Below, piece after piece: positions 1 through 10,334 of a DNA stretch of 64,000 bases (position 1 is its first letter; each line of letters begins with the position of its first letter). The position numbers and the translations under genes were made by a program. Below the pieces are notes generated by a model that made no database searches, had not been told where the DNA came from, and was given only the letters and a program-made list of their open reading frames with translations. Source of the DNA: an uncultured cyanobacterium. GTDB lineage: Bacteria; Cyanobacteriota; Cyanobacteriia; CAKZMO01. The stretch is from the NCBI GenBank assembly GCA_963719515.1, contig CAVRCJ010000006.1, forward strand, positions 416,001 through 480,000. The letters are read 5' to 3'.

Positions 1-371
1 GCCTTGAACACGGGGGAGTCCTCGTAGCCCCGGTCTGCCCCCAGCACTGAGATGAAGGTCATGTGCTGCACTCCTGCCGCCTTTGCACCATCAATGAGGT
101 CGATATTGGCCCGGTAGTCGATGGCTTGGGGGGTGGCCTGGCTCGCTTCGTTGGTGCCGTGGGCACTGATCACATGCTGGATGCCCTGGAGCGATCGCTC
201 AATGTCTCGGGGTTCGAGCAGATCGCCAATGAATACATCTGCCCCCCGGCCCTCTAAATCGCCGTAGCGCGAGGAGAGCCGCGTGAATGCCCGCACGGGC
301 TTCTCTTGCCCGCACAGCCGCTTAACAATGCGGCGACCTAAGTCGCCTGTCGCTCCGGTTACCAAAAACAT
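1..371 (-). CDS. SDR/NmrA-like NAD(P)-binding oxidoreductase (partial, runs off window start)
   Basis: Not in ORF track; manual translation from ATG at 371: MFLVTGATGDLGRRIVKRL...VRAFTR...GADVFIGDL (GxxGxxG Rossmann motif). Confidence 0.85.
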   Translation of the reverse strand, partial: MFLVTGATGDLGRRIVKRLCGQEKPVRAFTRLSSRYGDLEGRGADVFIGDLLEPRDIERSLQGIQHVISAHGTNEASQATPQAIDYRANIDLIDGAKAAGVQHMTFISVLGADRGYEDSPVFK

Positions 372-426
372 AAGCCCTATTCCCTTGTATGTATTGACCC
401 GCTGTAAGACTCGATTCGCTGTCAGC

Positions 427-1056
427 CTAGATCGATTTTATCGCTCGCCCAATAATCTGGGGGCTGACGATGGCGGGGATCGGAGCCCGAAAGCGATCGT
501 AGGTCACCTGCTCAAACCCAGCGGCCTCAATGACGGGGCCGGTCTCCCGATCTAGGCAGCAGCCATCGGCAATGACGTGCCAGGCTGGCTGCAGCCAGCC
601 CTGCACCCGCCGCAGTTGGGTTTGGGGCGGGGCGGCAACATGCTCTAGAAAATAAAAGGTGCCCCCCGGCCTCAGAACCCTCAAAATCTCCCGCAAGACG
701 CCCTCTAGGTTCTCCACTGAGCAGAGCACCAGCGTGCTGACCACCGCGTCAACGCTGCCGTCCTCGACGTCGAGTCGCTCGGCCTGTCCCTGCAGAACTT
801 GAATCTGCAGGTTGGCCTCTTCCGCCCGTTTCTTTAGGTAAGGCTGCATAAAGGGATTGGGCTCGATGCCCATCCAGCGCACAGATGAAGGATAGTAGCC
901 AAAGTTTGCGCCTGCGCCGGGGCCAATCTCTAGGATGGTGCCCTGCAGGTCGGCAAACAGGGCTCGCTTGCGATCGCTCACCGAGGCTTCGTAGCCCGCC
1001 GTGCCGTGGGCCATCAGCCAGGCAATCAGGCGCTGATACCAGTTGGGAGGAGACAT
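427..1056 (-). CDS. Class I SAM-dependent methyltransferase
   Basis: ILEIGPGAG motif I, VDAVVSTLVLCSV, LRVLRPGG, FLEHV. Confidence 0.9.
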   Translation of the reverse strand: MSPPNWYQRLIAWLMAHGTAGYEASVSDRKRALFADLQGTILEIGPGAGANFGYYPSSVRWMGIEPNPFMQPYLKKRAEEANLQIQVLQGQAERLDVEDGSVDAVVSTLVLCSVENLEGVLREILRVLRPGGTFYFLEHVAAPPQTQLRRVQGWLQPAWHVIADGCCLDRETGPVIEAAGFEQVTYDRFRAPIPAIVSPQIIGRAIKSI

Positions 1057-1156
1057 AGTTGTGGGTAGGGTGCTGTTACCGAGGTTAACGCACCAAATTC
1101 TATTGCGGTACTTTGGCTATCTAAGTTGGAGCTGTTGATGCGGTGGGTTGCTCAAC

Positions 1157-1954
1157 TTACGGGGAAGAAGATTCGATCTCCACAATTACGGGGGTGTGGT
1201 CGCTGGGCTTTTGCAGCTTGCGCGGCTCGACGTCGATTTTACAGGCCGTGGCCCGCCCGTATAGCGGTGGCGAGAGGTAGTGGTGGTCGATGCGCCAGCC
1301 CCGATTGTTGGGGAAGGCAGCGGTGCGATAGTCCCACCAGCTAAAGTGACCGCCCTCGTCGGTGAACTTACGAAAAGCGTCCGCTAGCCCGAGATCTAGC
1401 AAAGTTCGCAGCGCCTCCCGTTCTGTAGGAGAGGCCATGATGTGGTTGGGCTTCTTGGGAGCATAGATATCTCGGTCCTCTAGGGCAATATTGAAGTCAC
1501 CGCACACCAGCAGCTCGGGCCTATCTGCCAGCAGCGCCTTGAGGTAGTCCTGCAGCAGGGCGAGCCAGCGCAGCTTATAGTCATACTTGTCGCTGCCTAC
1601 TGCTGAGCCGTTGGGCACGTAGAGGTTGACGACCCGGACGCCGTCTAGCACCCCGGTAATCACTCGCTTTTGCACGTCGAGATCGCCAACGTCTGTATCG
1701 GTCAAGACGCCAGCAAACCCGGCGCTCACCTCGCTCAGCGGCTCGCGGCTGACCAGCGCTACGCCGTTGTAGGACTTTTGGCCGCTGATGTAGAGGTGAT
1801 AGCCCAGCGCTTCGAAGGGCGATCGCGGAAAGTCCTCGTCCACTACTTTGGTTTCCTGTAGGCACAAGACGTCTACAGGGTTGTTCTCTAGCCAATCGGT
1901 GACTTGCCCTAAGCGCGAGCGGACGGAGTTGACGTTCCAGGTGGCGATTTGCAT
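1157..1954 (-). CDS. xth: Exodeoxyribonuclease III / AP endonuclease
   Basis: IATWNVNS, LCLQETK, GDFNIA, WWDYR, GWRIDH, SDHTPV motifs. Confidence 0.95.
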   Translation of the reverse strand: MQIATWNVNSVRSRLGQVTDWLENNPVDVLCLQETKVVDEDFPRSPFEALGYHLYISGQKSYNGVALVSREPLSEVSAGFAGVLTDTDVGDLDVQKRVITGVLDGVRVVNLYVPNGSAVGSDKYDYKLRWLALLQDYLKALLADRPELLVCGDFNIALEDRDIYAPKKPNHIMASPTEREALRTLLDLGLADAFRKFTDEGGHFSWWDYRTAAFPNNRGWRIDHHYLSPPLYGRATACKIDVEPRKLQKPSDHTPVIVEIESSSP

Positions 1955-2243
1955 GGACAGGACTCTACGGATTTTGGCCTATGGGTTGTGGAGTATAGCA
2001 CGACGGCCCAGCCCGACGCGATCGCCAGCCCCTGTACCGGCAGCTCAAACGAGTCGCTTTTGGTCCATATAGCAAATGTCCTGATGCATTAGGACATTTG
2101 CGCGGTCAGTTGCCTACACAACGTTAGGCTTTCAGCCGATTCTGGTGTCCCAAGCAACTAAACCAATGCAATAAAGTTCTCGCTTCACGGGCGCTGCCGC
2201 ACTACAGGCTCGCAGCATCTATATCGCTTGAATTTGGAGCCAG

Positions 2244-2726
2244 TTACACCGTTGTTGGGGGTGGATAAGGCTTCGCAAAGGTAAAGCAGTCTGGCGAGCC
2301 GCCATTACGCTCAAGCGCCTCCAGCTTCGCTTTCCCTTGCTCAATCGTGGGCAGACACCCCACAGGAAACCACCACATCCCAAAGTGCTCGCCCTGATAA
2401 GGTTCAAACCACTGACGGCGACGGACAAAGAACTCACCATGTAGGCTCCGATAGACGTAAACCTTGAGCTGTTCTACAGTACGCCAGACTGACAGATTAA
2501 CCAGCATTCTCGGATCTGAGTAGGCCCGAATATCCGTTGCATCGCCAGATGATGTTTGCAGCCGCCAAACAAAACCAGGACTTTGCTCTGCTACAGCATT
2601 GACCTCGGCTAAAGCAGCAGCAAATTCAGCCATTATGGGATCCTCTAAAGGCGCTCTCATCAAGGCAACGTTGATTTGAGCCAGGTAATAGTCTTGATCC
2701 TGGGAAATCAATTTTTCCGCAACCAT
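2244..2726 (-). CDS. DUF3291 domain protein
   Basis: LAQINVA...AEQSPGFVWRLQ...VNLSVW...YVYRSLH pattern. Confidence 0.75.
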   Translation of the reverse strand: MVAEKLISQDQDYYLAQINVALMRAPLEDPIMAEFAAALAEVNAVAEQSPGFVWRLQTSSGDATDIRAYSDPRMLVNLSVWRTVEQLKVYVYRSLHGEFFVRRRQWFEPYQGEHFGMWWFPVGCLPTIEQGKAKLEALERNGGSPDCFTFAKPYPPPTTV

Positions 2727-2846
2727 GCTCGTTACCCTGTCCTACAAAATTATCTGAAGTATCTAGAACTCCGGGCTATGTTGTCTTGGACGATGTTGAC
2801 CAAAACGCTGTGCTTTGACGGCTCCAGTTACTCATAACCTACACTT

Positions 2847-3566
2847 TCAGCTTCGAGCTCTACGCTCAAGCGCGGAAAGACTCGGCGGCATTGAAAGGGA
2901 TACCGTCTTGTCTGCAGGCTCACCGTCTGGGGGTGTGGCTCGCGCAGCAGCTAGACTGCGAATCAGCAGCGGCACCGTCGCCCCCCCAATCAATAACGCC
3001 ACCCCCAGGCCAATCAGCCCGTCCACCCAATACCAACCCGTCTGCCAGACGATCAGCGCCGCCAGCAGCACCCCCAGGGAACTCGTTACATCCGCCAGCA
3101 TGTGCAAAAAGGCTCCTCTGACGTTGAGGTCATCGTGGCTATGCTGGTGCAGCATCGTCGCACTGATACCGTTGACCACAACGCCCCCCAGAGCCGCCGC
3201 CAGCATCGGGCCGCTGAGAATCTCCTCAGGAGTGCCGGTCAAATGCTCAACCGACTCCCAGGCCAGCCAGCCCGCAAGACCCAGCAGCAGAGCGCTGTTG
3301 AGAGCCGCTGCTAGGGGCTCCGCCCGATGCGACTTCAGCCAGACCGTTGTCCAAGCTGCGCTTAAGGCGATGCCGATCGCGATCGCATCTGAGAGCATGT
3401 GACCCGCCTCCACGCGCAGGGCGATACTGTGGCTGTAGAGCCCTACCCCAAACTCAGCGAGGGCGAAGGTCAGCAGCAGCAGCAGCGCCGCAATCAGGGC
3501 GCGGCGTTTGGGAGCACAGTTGCACAGAGAGGAAATGCTGCGGGAGAGGTCAAGGGCTAGAGCCAT
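2847..3566 (-). CDS. Cation diffusion facilitator (CzcD/ZitB-like) transporter, short form
   Basis: AGHMLSD and NVRGAFLHMLAD metal-site motifs, His-rich loop, about 6 hydrophobic segments; no C-terminal dimerisation domain evident. Confidence 0.85.
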   Translation of the reverse strand: MALALDLSRSISSLCNCAPKRRALIAALLLLLTFALAEFGVGLYSHSIALRVEAGHMLSDAIAIGIALSAAWTTVWLKSHRAEPLAAALNSALLLGLAGWLAWESVEHLTGTPEEILSGPMLAAALGGVVVNGISATMLHQHSHDDLNVRGAFLHMLADVTSSLGVLLAALIVWQTGWYWVDGLIGLGVALLIGGATVPLLIRSLAAARATPPDGEPADKTVSLSMPPSLSALERRARS

Positions 3567-3752
3567 CTGCAGGTCAGAGCGTGGGGTGTAAAGATAACGA
3601 AATCCTAAATTCCGTAACGAAGCTTATCATAGCGCTGCCATGGCCCGGTAGCTTGTGGAACAGTGGGGTCAGGAATTGCTTCATTGCAATGAGTGCCTGT
3701 CCGGTTGCCGACCGGACTTTTTTATGGGCGATTTTTCTTGCGCAGACAGACG

Positions 3753-5057
3753 TTAAGGTCCAGTGTTCAAAGCCTGAATCTGCTCATTAAAATAGTCGGT
3801 CTGATAGCTGAGCTGCTGCGCCAACTCCAGCCCTTTGCGAAACGACGCGATCGCCTGCTCATTTTGCCCTTGACGGCGGTGGATTTGCCCCATTTGGTCA
3901 AAGGCCTCCATCATGCCGTAGGTATTGTAGGCCTGCCGCTCGATGTCTACCAGCAGTCGGTAGACCGTCAGGGCATCTTGAGGCCGCTCGACAGAGACGT
4001 AGAGATCCGCTAGACCGCGAGCAGCCTCCGCCGCGTAGCCCAAATAGCCCACCCGCTGCGCCGCCGCGATCGCCTCCTGGTAGCTGCGTACCGCCCCATT
4101 GAGACGCCCTAGCCGTTGATAGTCTGACGCGATCGCAATTTTTAAGGGCGGCACCTGGGCAAGCTCTCCTAGCTGACGGTAGCGCTGCACCAGCCGCTGT
4201 CGGGTGGCCACAGCATCACCAAATCTGTCTGTCTCGTCATAGACGATGGCTAGCTTCTCTAGCGCCTGCTGCTCGCCAGCGGCGTCCTGCTGAGTCTGAC
4301 GCACCGCCAGCAAATTCTCGTAGACCGGGACAGCCTGCTCATAGTTAAACCAGACCAAATGCACCTCCCCTAACGCCTCTAGGGCTGCCGCCTCGGTGGC
4401 CACATCCTCTCGCTGCCGCGCCTGCTGAATAATCGTCATGTAGGCAGCGATCGCCTGGTCGCGAGACCTGAGCGCTTTATAGGCATCAGCCACCTGCAAG
4501 AGTAGACCATAGTCCGGAGAAGGCTGGGCGCGGATTTCCTCCTCAATCTCCTCTAGGCGATCGCTGATGGCGCGAATCTCCAGGGTCTGGTTTTCCTCCC
4601 AGGCCACCCCACCCACGCGGCTCAGGGCGGCAACCTCGTCTTTAGGGCCCAACACCCGCCGCAGCCGCAGCTCTCGCAGCCAAATCTCAAATGCTTTTGG
4701 GGTATCGCCCGCATCGTACTGCCGCTGTCCCTGACGCCGCAGCTGCTCTAGCGAAACCCGTAGCGCCTGCTGCTCCTGCAAACTCAAAGGGCGCTCGACA
4801 ATTAAGTTGGGCAGCAGGGGGTCAGAGAGATCCGGCGCTAGGGGATTGTCGAGCGCGGATGGGGTTGAGGTGGGTGGTGACGAGTCGGAGGATTGCGCTT
4901 GGGCAGCCTCCCCCCACCCCACAACAAGGCCGACGGGTAGGCTACTCGTTAGCCCCCAAGCGGCTAGGGCTAGGGCGGCGCGACTCGCACCAGCGTGGCC
5001 GATCCGCTGATGCCAAGCGCGTCGTGTCGAAACGGGGCGAATACTGGTGTTAGACAT
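3753..5057 (-). CDS. Exported TPR-repeat protein
   Basis: Signal-like segment ending AAQA, then multiple TPR-like helical repeats; start placed at MSNTSIR because the longer ORF overlaps purD and a tandem repeat. Confidence 0.75.
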   Translation of the reverse strand: MSNTSIRPVSTRRAWHQRIGHAGASRAALALAAWGLTSSLPVGLVVGWGEAAQAQSSDSSPPTSTPSALDNPLAPDLSDPLLPNLIVERPLSLQEQQALRVSLEQLRRQGQRQYDAGDTPKAFEIWLRELRLRRVLGPKDEVAALSRVGGVAWEENQTLEIRAISDRLEEIEEEIRAQPSPDYGLLLQVADAYKALRSRDQAIAAYMTIIQQARQREDVATEAAALEALGEVHLVWFNYEQAVPVYENLLAVRQTQQDAAGEQQALEKLAIVYDETDRFGDAVATRQRLVQRYRQLGELAQVPPLKIAIASDYQRLGRLNGAVRSYQEAIAAAQRVGYLGYAAEAARGLADLYVSVERPQDALTVYRLLVDIERQAYNTYGMMEAFDQMGQIHRRQGQNEQAIASFRKGLELAQQLSYQTDYFNEQIQALNTGP

Positions 5058-5161
5058 GAGTTGCGGCGGGAGAGTTGGATCGGCAGGATGAATAGGGTGA
5101 GGCGGACAGTCTATACCCGCCATAATAGCTGCCGGGGTCGGGGTGGGCATGAGGGCTCTGT

Positions 5162-5252
5162 GCCAGAGATTGAGGCCAGAGATTGGGGCCAGAGATTGGG
5201 GCCGAACGTTAGGGCTAGAGGTTGGGGCCAAACATTGCGCACAGACATTGGG
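5162..5252. repeat. Degenerate 13-bp tandem repeat, about 7 copies (consensus GCCAGAGATTGGG)
   Basis: Units at 5162, 5175, 5188, 5201, 5214, 5227, 5240. Confidence 0.85.
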
Positions 5253-5353
5253 CGACGCGCGGCTGAGGCGCAAACTATGGCACTCTGTTTGAAGCATGGG
5301 TCTTGAAGCATCGAATATTTGAAGCATCAACCGCGTTAGAGGAGCTGAATCAG

Positions 5354-6628
5354 GTGAATATCTTAGTCGTAGGCAATGGAGGCCGAGAGCATGCGATCGC
5401 CTGGACATTAGCTCAATCGAACGCCGTTAAGACAATTTATTGCCTGCCCGGAAACGGCGGCACCGGCAGTATGCCCAAGTGCCAAAACCTTCCGTTTGAG
5501 GCAACCAACTTTGCCGCCATCACTCAAGTTGTTCAAGCTAGCGCGGTTGATCTAGTTGTGATTGGCCCAGAAGCCCCCCTCGCTGCAGGCCTCACCGACC
5601 ATCTGCAGGCTGGGGGAACTACTGTCTTCGGTCCCACCCGCTCCGGCGCGCAAATCGAGTCTAGCAAGGCCTGGGCTAAGGCCCTGATGACAGAGGCCCA
5701 AATTCCCACCGCCGCCTCGCAAACGTTTATAGACTCAGAGGCGGCGATCGCCTACATTCGCGCCCAGGGTGCCCCCATCGTCATCAAGGCAGACGGGCTA
5801 GCGGCAGGTAAAGGGGTAACGGTAGCCCAGACCCTAGAGGAAGCGGTAGAGGCCGTGCGAGACTCCTTCGGCGGGCGGTTTGGGGAGGCGGGCCAGCAGG
5901 TAGTCGTAGAGGAATACCTCCAGGGACAGGAGGCCTCAATTTTAGCGGTCACCGACGGCAAAACCATCCGTCCCCTCGTGCCTTCCCAAGACCACAAGCC
6001 GGTGGGCGAGGGCGATACCGGACCCAACACTGGCGGTATGGGAGCCTACGCACCGACGCCCGTGGTGTCTGAGGCGCAGCTGCAGCAGATTCAGCGCCAA
6101 ATTCTAGACCCGGCGATCGCTACCCTGCAGCAGCGCGGCATCGACTACCGGGGGGTGCTCTACGCCGGGCTCATGATGATGCCCGATGGAGAGCCCAAGG
6201 TGATCGAATTCAACTGCCGCTTCGGTGACCCAGAAACTCAAGTCGTCTTGCCCTTGCTCGATATGCCCCTAGAAGAAATTTTGCTGGCCTGCGCCCTGCA
6301 GCGGCTAGGCCAGCTTCCCCCCTTCGCCTGGAAGCCCCTCGCCTCGGCCTGCATCGTGTTGGCCTCCGGCGGGTATCCGGGCCATTACGAGACGGGCTAT
6401 CCCATTCAGGGACTAGAGCAGGCCGCTGAAGCCGGGGGACTAGTCTTTCATGCCGGCACACAGCAGCAAGATGACCAAATCGTCACGGCGGGGGGGAGGG
6501 TGTTAGGGGTGACGGCCTTGGGCAAAACCTTTGACGAGGCGATCGCCCAGGCCTACCGCGCTGTCGATGAGATTCACTTCACGGGGCAATACTGCCGCCG
6601 CGACATCGGGTACCGGGTGCGTCAATAG
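5354..6628 (+). CDS. purD: Phosphoribosylamine--glycine ligase
   Basis: ILVVGNGGREHA, VIKADGLAAGKGV, GPNTGGMGAY, EFNCRFGDPE; GTG start after AGGAG. Confidence 0.97.
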   Translation: MNILVVGNGGREHAIAWTLAQSNAVKTIYCLPGNGGTGSMPKCQNLPFEATNFAAITQVVQASAVDLVVIGPEAPLAAGLTDHLQAGGTTVFGPTRSGAQIESSKAWAKALMTEAQIPTAASQTFIDSEAAIAYIRAQGAPIVIKADGLAAGKGVTVAQTLEEAVEAVRDSFGGRFGEAGQQVVVEEYLQGQEASILAVTDGKTIRPLVPSQDHKPVGEGDTGPNTGGMGAYAPTPVVSEAQLQQIQRQILDPAIATLQQRGIDYRGVLYAGLMMMPDGEPKVIEFNCRFGDPETQVVLPLLDMPLEEILLACALQRLGQLPPFAWKPLASACIVLASGGYPGHYETGYPIQGLEQAAEAGGLVFHAGTQQQDDQIVTAGGRVLGVTALGKTFDEAIAQAYRAVDEIHFTGQYCRRDIGYRVRQ

Positions 6629-6646
6629 CTCTGTCCTTCGACGCCA

Positions 6647-8872
6647 TTGATGACGCCATCACCTGTCAGCCGTACTGCGAAAACATCTAGCGTCAGCAAT
6701 TCGTGTCAAACTAATAGGCAGGACGCTACGTCTCAGTCTATTCACTCAGACGCTTCAGCTGTTGTTTCAGCCCCCAGGAAGATCTTGATATCGCTGCTTA
6801 ACAAACTTCGAGATGGCCTGGCCCACTGGTGGTCTGAGTTTACGCTGCAGACTCGCCTGATGGCGGCAGCGACGCTGGTGGTATCGCTGCTGATGAGCAG
6901 CCTAACGTTCTGGGCCGTCAACACCATTCAAGAAGATGCTCGCCTCCACGACACGCGATTTGGGCGAGACTTAGGGCTGCTGATGGCGGCGGATGTCTCC
7001 CCTATGGTGGCCGGCCAAAACCGCTCTGAGCTAGCACGATTTTCCTATCAGTTTTACCAAAGCTCCTCCAGCATTCGCTACGTCATCTATGCCGACGGCG
7101 GCGGCGATATCTTCTTCGGAATTCCCTTCTCAGAGCTGGAGGTGCAGAACTCCCTCACGATTCAGCGGCGCATCCAGCTGCCCGAAGGATTTGAGTCAGC
7201 TCAAGAGCCCTTGGTCCGGCAGCACCAAACTCCCGACGGCGAGGTGACCGACGTCTTCGTCCCGCTGATTTCCGGCGGACGGTACTTGGGCGTTATGGCC
7301 CTTGGCATCAACCCTAATCCTACGGTGGTGGCTTCATCGCACCTGACCCGTGACGTGACGGTCGCCGTCTTTGTCTCAATTTGGGTAATGGTTATTTTGG
7401 GGGCCGTGTTTAATGCCCTAACCATCACCCGGCCTATAAAAGAGCTGCTGGTGGGGGTGAAAAATATCGCTGCCAAAAACTTCAAGCAGCGCATCAACCT
7501 GCCGCTGGGGGGAGAGCTGGGGGAGCTGATCGTCAACTTCAACGAGATGGCCGAGCGTCTAGAGCGCTACGAAGAGCAGAACATTGAAGAGCTAACGGCA
7601 GAAAAAGCCAAGCTTGAGACGCTGGTGTCGACCATTGCCGACGGGGCCATCTTGCTAGATGCCAACCTGAACGTGATCCTGGCTAACCCAACCGCGAAGC
7701 GAATTTTGGGGTGGGAAGGACTCAACGTTGCAGGGTCCCACATCCTGCATAATCTGCCGGAAACCATCAAAGCAGAGCTAATCCGCCCTCTACATCGCAT
7801 TACCACAGCGCTTCCCCCGGAGGACCACGGCCAGGGATACGGCGGGGAGCACAGCGAAGGTCGCAGCGAGGCGATGGAATTCCGCCTGACTCTCTTTGAT
7901 ACCGCTGGTCGCACGGTGCGCATCTTGCTGACGCGGGTGCTGGATCAGGCGAGAGAACACCTGCGGGGCATCGCCATCACGGTGCAGGATATCACCCGCG
8001 AGGTGGAGCTCAACGAGGCCAAAAGCCAGTTCATCAGCAACGTTTCCCACGAGCTGAGAACGCCGCTGTTCAACATCAAGTCGTTTATCGAAACGCTGCA
8101 CGACTACGGTGAGGACTTAAGCGAAGCCGAGCGGCTGGAGTTTTTGGATACGGCCAACCGCGAAACCGATCGCCTCACACGCTTGGTCAACGACGTTTTA
8201 GATCTCTCGCGCCTAGAGTCTAACCGCCTCTATCGCTTTGAAGCTGTCGAACTGCTCCAGCCCATCGAGCAGACGCTGCGCACGTATCAGCTCACGGCTA
8301 AAGACAAGCAAATTCAGCTGCTTCAAGACGTTGACCCCCACCTACCCGCCGTATTGGGCAACTATGATTTGCTTCTGCAGGTGCTGACCAACTTGGTGGG
8401 CAACGCCCTCAAGTTCACCAATGCCGGCGGAAGTATCGCTATTCGTGCCCATGCCCTAGCGCCTGACCGCGTTTCCTCAACCTATCCCTGCGTCCGAGTT
8501 GAAGTGGCCGATACCGGCATTGGCATTGACCCTGAGGACCAAGCCGCTATTTTCGATCGCTTTTTCCGAGTTGAAAACCGCGTCCATACCTTGGAAGGAA
8601 CGGGACTGGGGCTCTCTATTGTCCGCAACATTGTGGGGAAGCACCACGGAACCGTAAACCTCATTAGTGAGCCTAGCGTAGGCACCACATTCTGGTTCGA
8701 TCTGGCCGTTTTCCAGGCCGAGGCTCCCTCTTTTGAGGCGCTCATTAACGCTGGTCCGTTTACGGCCCGGTCCAACGCCTTGCCCGCAGCCTCGCCCACA
8801 GACGCCTCGCCCACAGACTCTCTCTCTGAGGCTACAGAACTGACCCCCAGCGCCACCGCCGTCGAAGCGTAG
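6647..8872 (+). CDS. nblS: Sensor histidine kinase Hik33/NblS/DspA (TM-HAMP-PAS-HisKA-HATPase)
   Basis: WWSEFTLQTRLMAAATLVVSL, VSHELRTPLFNIKSFIETL, ENRVHTLEGTGLGL; downstream of purD; exact start uncertain. Confidence 0.92.
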   Translation: MMTPSPVSRTAKTSSVSNSCQTNRQDATSQSIHSDASAVVSAPRKILISLLNKLRDGLAHWWSEFTLQTRLMAAATLVVSLLMSSLTFWAVNTIQEDARLHDTRFGRDLGLLMAADVSPMVAGQNRSELARFSYQFYQSSSSIRYVIYADGGGDIFFGIPFSELEVQNSLTIQRRIQLPEGFESAQEPLVRQHQTPDGEVTDVFVPLISGGRYLGVMALGINPNPTVVASSHLTRDVTVAVFVSIWVMVILGAVFNALTITRPIKELLVGVKNIAAKNFKQRINLPLGGELGELIVNFNEMAERLERYEEQNIEELTAEKAKLETLVSTIADGAILLDANLNVILANPTAKRILGWEGLNVAGSHILHNLPETIKAELIRPLHRITTALPPEDHGQGYGGEHSEGRSEAMEFRLTLFDTAGRTVRILLTRVLDQAREHLRGIAITVQDITREVELNEAKSQFISNVSHELRTPLFNIKSFIETLHDYGEDLSEAERLEFLDTANRETDRLTRLVNDVLDLSRLESNRLYRFEAVELLQPIEQTLRTYQLTAKDKQIQLLQDVDPHLPAVLGNYDLLLQVLTNLVGNALKFTNAGGSIAIRAHALAPDRVSSTYPCVRVEVADTGIGIDPEDQAAIFDRFFRVENRVHTLEGTGLGLSIVRNIVGKHHGTVNLISEPSVGTTFWFDLAVFQAEAPSFEALINAGPFTARSNALPAASPTDASPTDSLSEATELTPSATAVEA

Positions 8873-8900
8873 TGACGGCCCGCGCCGCCGGCTTCCAGGA

Positions 8901-9281
8901 CTAGCGCAGCACAACCAGAATAGAAACCACGGCCAGCCCAATCCACAGCAGCGCTCGGCTGTGCTCCTGTATCCAGGACTGAACGCGATCGCCCTGAAAC
9001 AGTCCTTTAGCGCCACTAGCGGGGCTGGGGCGATCGCTCCTCAACGCATCAGCAGCCGGGGCGAGCGGTTGATAGAGGGTACATTGGCGGGCGTAGGGTC
9101 GTTTGGGAAAGTTGCAGGTGTCGTCTTGGTGGTAAAGGCAGCTCTCGCAGAGGGCAGCGCCATCAGTGGCCTGGTGTAAGGAAATGCCGGGATGGCCATA
9201 GGCTTTAAGCAGCGTTCCACAGGCCGGGCAGGCGATCGCCTGGGAATCGACGCTTTGCTGGCAGCGGGGGCATTCTGGCAT
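8901..9281 (-). CDS. Zinc-ribbon protein with C-terminal membrane anchor
   Basis: CPRC, CPAC, CESC..C..C motifs; hydrophobic C-terminus. Confidence 0.75.
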   Translation of the reverse strand: MPECPRCQQSVDSQAIACPACGTLLKAYGHPGISLHQATDGAALCESCLYHQDDTCNFPKRPYARQCTLYQPLAPAADALRSDRPSPASGAKGLFQGDRVQSWIQEHSRALLWIGLAVVSILVVLR

Positions 9282-9404
9282 GACTCTGCTCCAAACGCGA
9301 ACTTCTCGCGAATTTTGATTGACCAAATTTAAAATACAGACTGGTAAAACGCAAACCGGCAAAGCGCAGCCTGGAATAGGCTAAAGCAGCCCTCAGCAAC
9401 CATT

Positions 9405-9716
9405 CTAGCGCCGGGTTGATTTGCGCACATAATACTTCTTGGTTTCCTGCAGCTCGTAGGTTCCGGCCCCCATGGCAGCGCAGAAGCGACGCTCTATCTG
9501 GTCAAGTTCGTCTTGAGGGATTGAAAACCAGGAGTCTTCCGTCTCCCACTGCACCACCGTGATCACGTCTGTAAGGGAGTCATGACTAATCCAGATGTCT
9601 TTTCCTAAAAAGCCGGGATATCGAGACAGAGCTTGGGTCCAGATTTCGTCATCTCTTTGAATAAATCGCTCGCGACTGGCCTCTTCGACCCAAAACCTCA
9701 ACCATTCGATAACCAT
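9405..9716 (-). CDS. TIGR03792-like cyanobacterial protein (ABM-like fold)
   Basis: MVIEWLRF...FIQRDDEIWTQALSRYPGFLGK pattern. Confidence 0.75.
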   Translation of the reverse strand: MVIEWLRFWVEEASRERFIQRDDEIWTQALSRYPGFLGKDIWISHDSLTDVITVVQWETEDSWFSIPQDELDQIERRFCAAMGAGTYELQETKKYYVRKSTRR

Positions 9717-9893
9717 GGCCTTGAACTCTCTAACCTACTCCGCTAAGCATATCTTAGGTGGTGATTTGGCCCTTGTTGAGGGCAGGTTATCCGAACATCG
9801 CATCTAGCTGCAGCACGCTTATAATGACAAGTGCTGGGCCATTGGCGCTAGCGGGCTTGAACCCCATCTGTCCGGACGACGAGGACTGTCTCA

Positions 9894-10214
9894 ATGGAAA
9901 ACAATGTACTTAAGCAATTGCTCATGGTTGGGATTGGCACCACCTCCCTAGCTGCGGACAAGCTGCGGGAAGTGAGTGAACAATGGGTAAGGGACGGCAA
10001 ACTTGACCCCGAGCAGGCCAAGACGTTTGTCGATGATCTGATGGGTCAAATGCGCTCTGAGCAGACCAATTTTGAGGCTCAGATGCAGCGGCAGCTCAAG
10101 CAGGTTTTACAGGATTTAGGGGTTCCCCGCCAAAACGAGATGGATGAGCTGCGGGGCCGCCTTGACCGCCTAGAGCGCCAGATGCGAGACTTGGAAAATC
10201 GGCTCTGGCGATAA
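9894..10214 (+). CDS. Phasin/granule-associated family coiled-coil protein
   Basis: LLMVGIGTTSL...WVRDGKL...ELRGRLDRLERQ. Confidence 0.75.
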   Translation: MENNVLKQLLMVGIGTTSLAADKLREVSEQWVRDGKLDPEQAKTFVDDLMGQMRSEQTNFEAQMQRQLKQVLQDLGVPRQNEMDELRGRLDRLERQMRDLENRLWR

Positions 10215-10334
10215 GATCGCGTCGGCCTGGGAAACGGTAAGCTAGGAACGCTGGCGTGAGTGATCCCGCTGCCGCCCCGTCTTGCCTAACTGCCCTGACT
10301 GCTCAACTTGATTGCCCAAATTTGGAGACCTGCT

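Noticed and set aside
5162..5252. Possible CRISPR array (also 19883-20130 and 51662-51703)
   Set aside because: Contiguous short units without unique spacers; no cas genes in the window.
5058..5408. N-terminal extension of the 551-aa TPR ORF
   Set aside because: Overlaps purD and crosses a period-13 repeat; a later start gives a sensible signal-like N-terminus.
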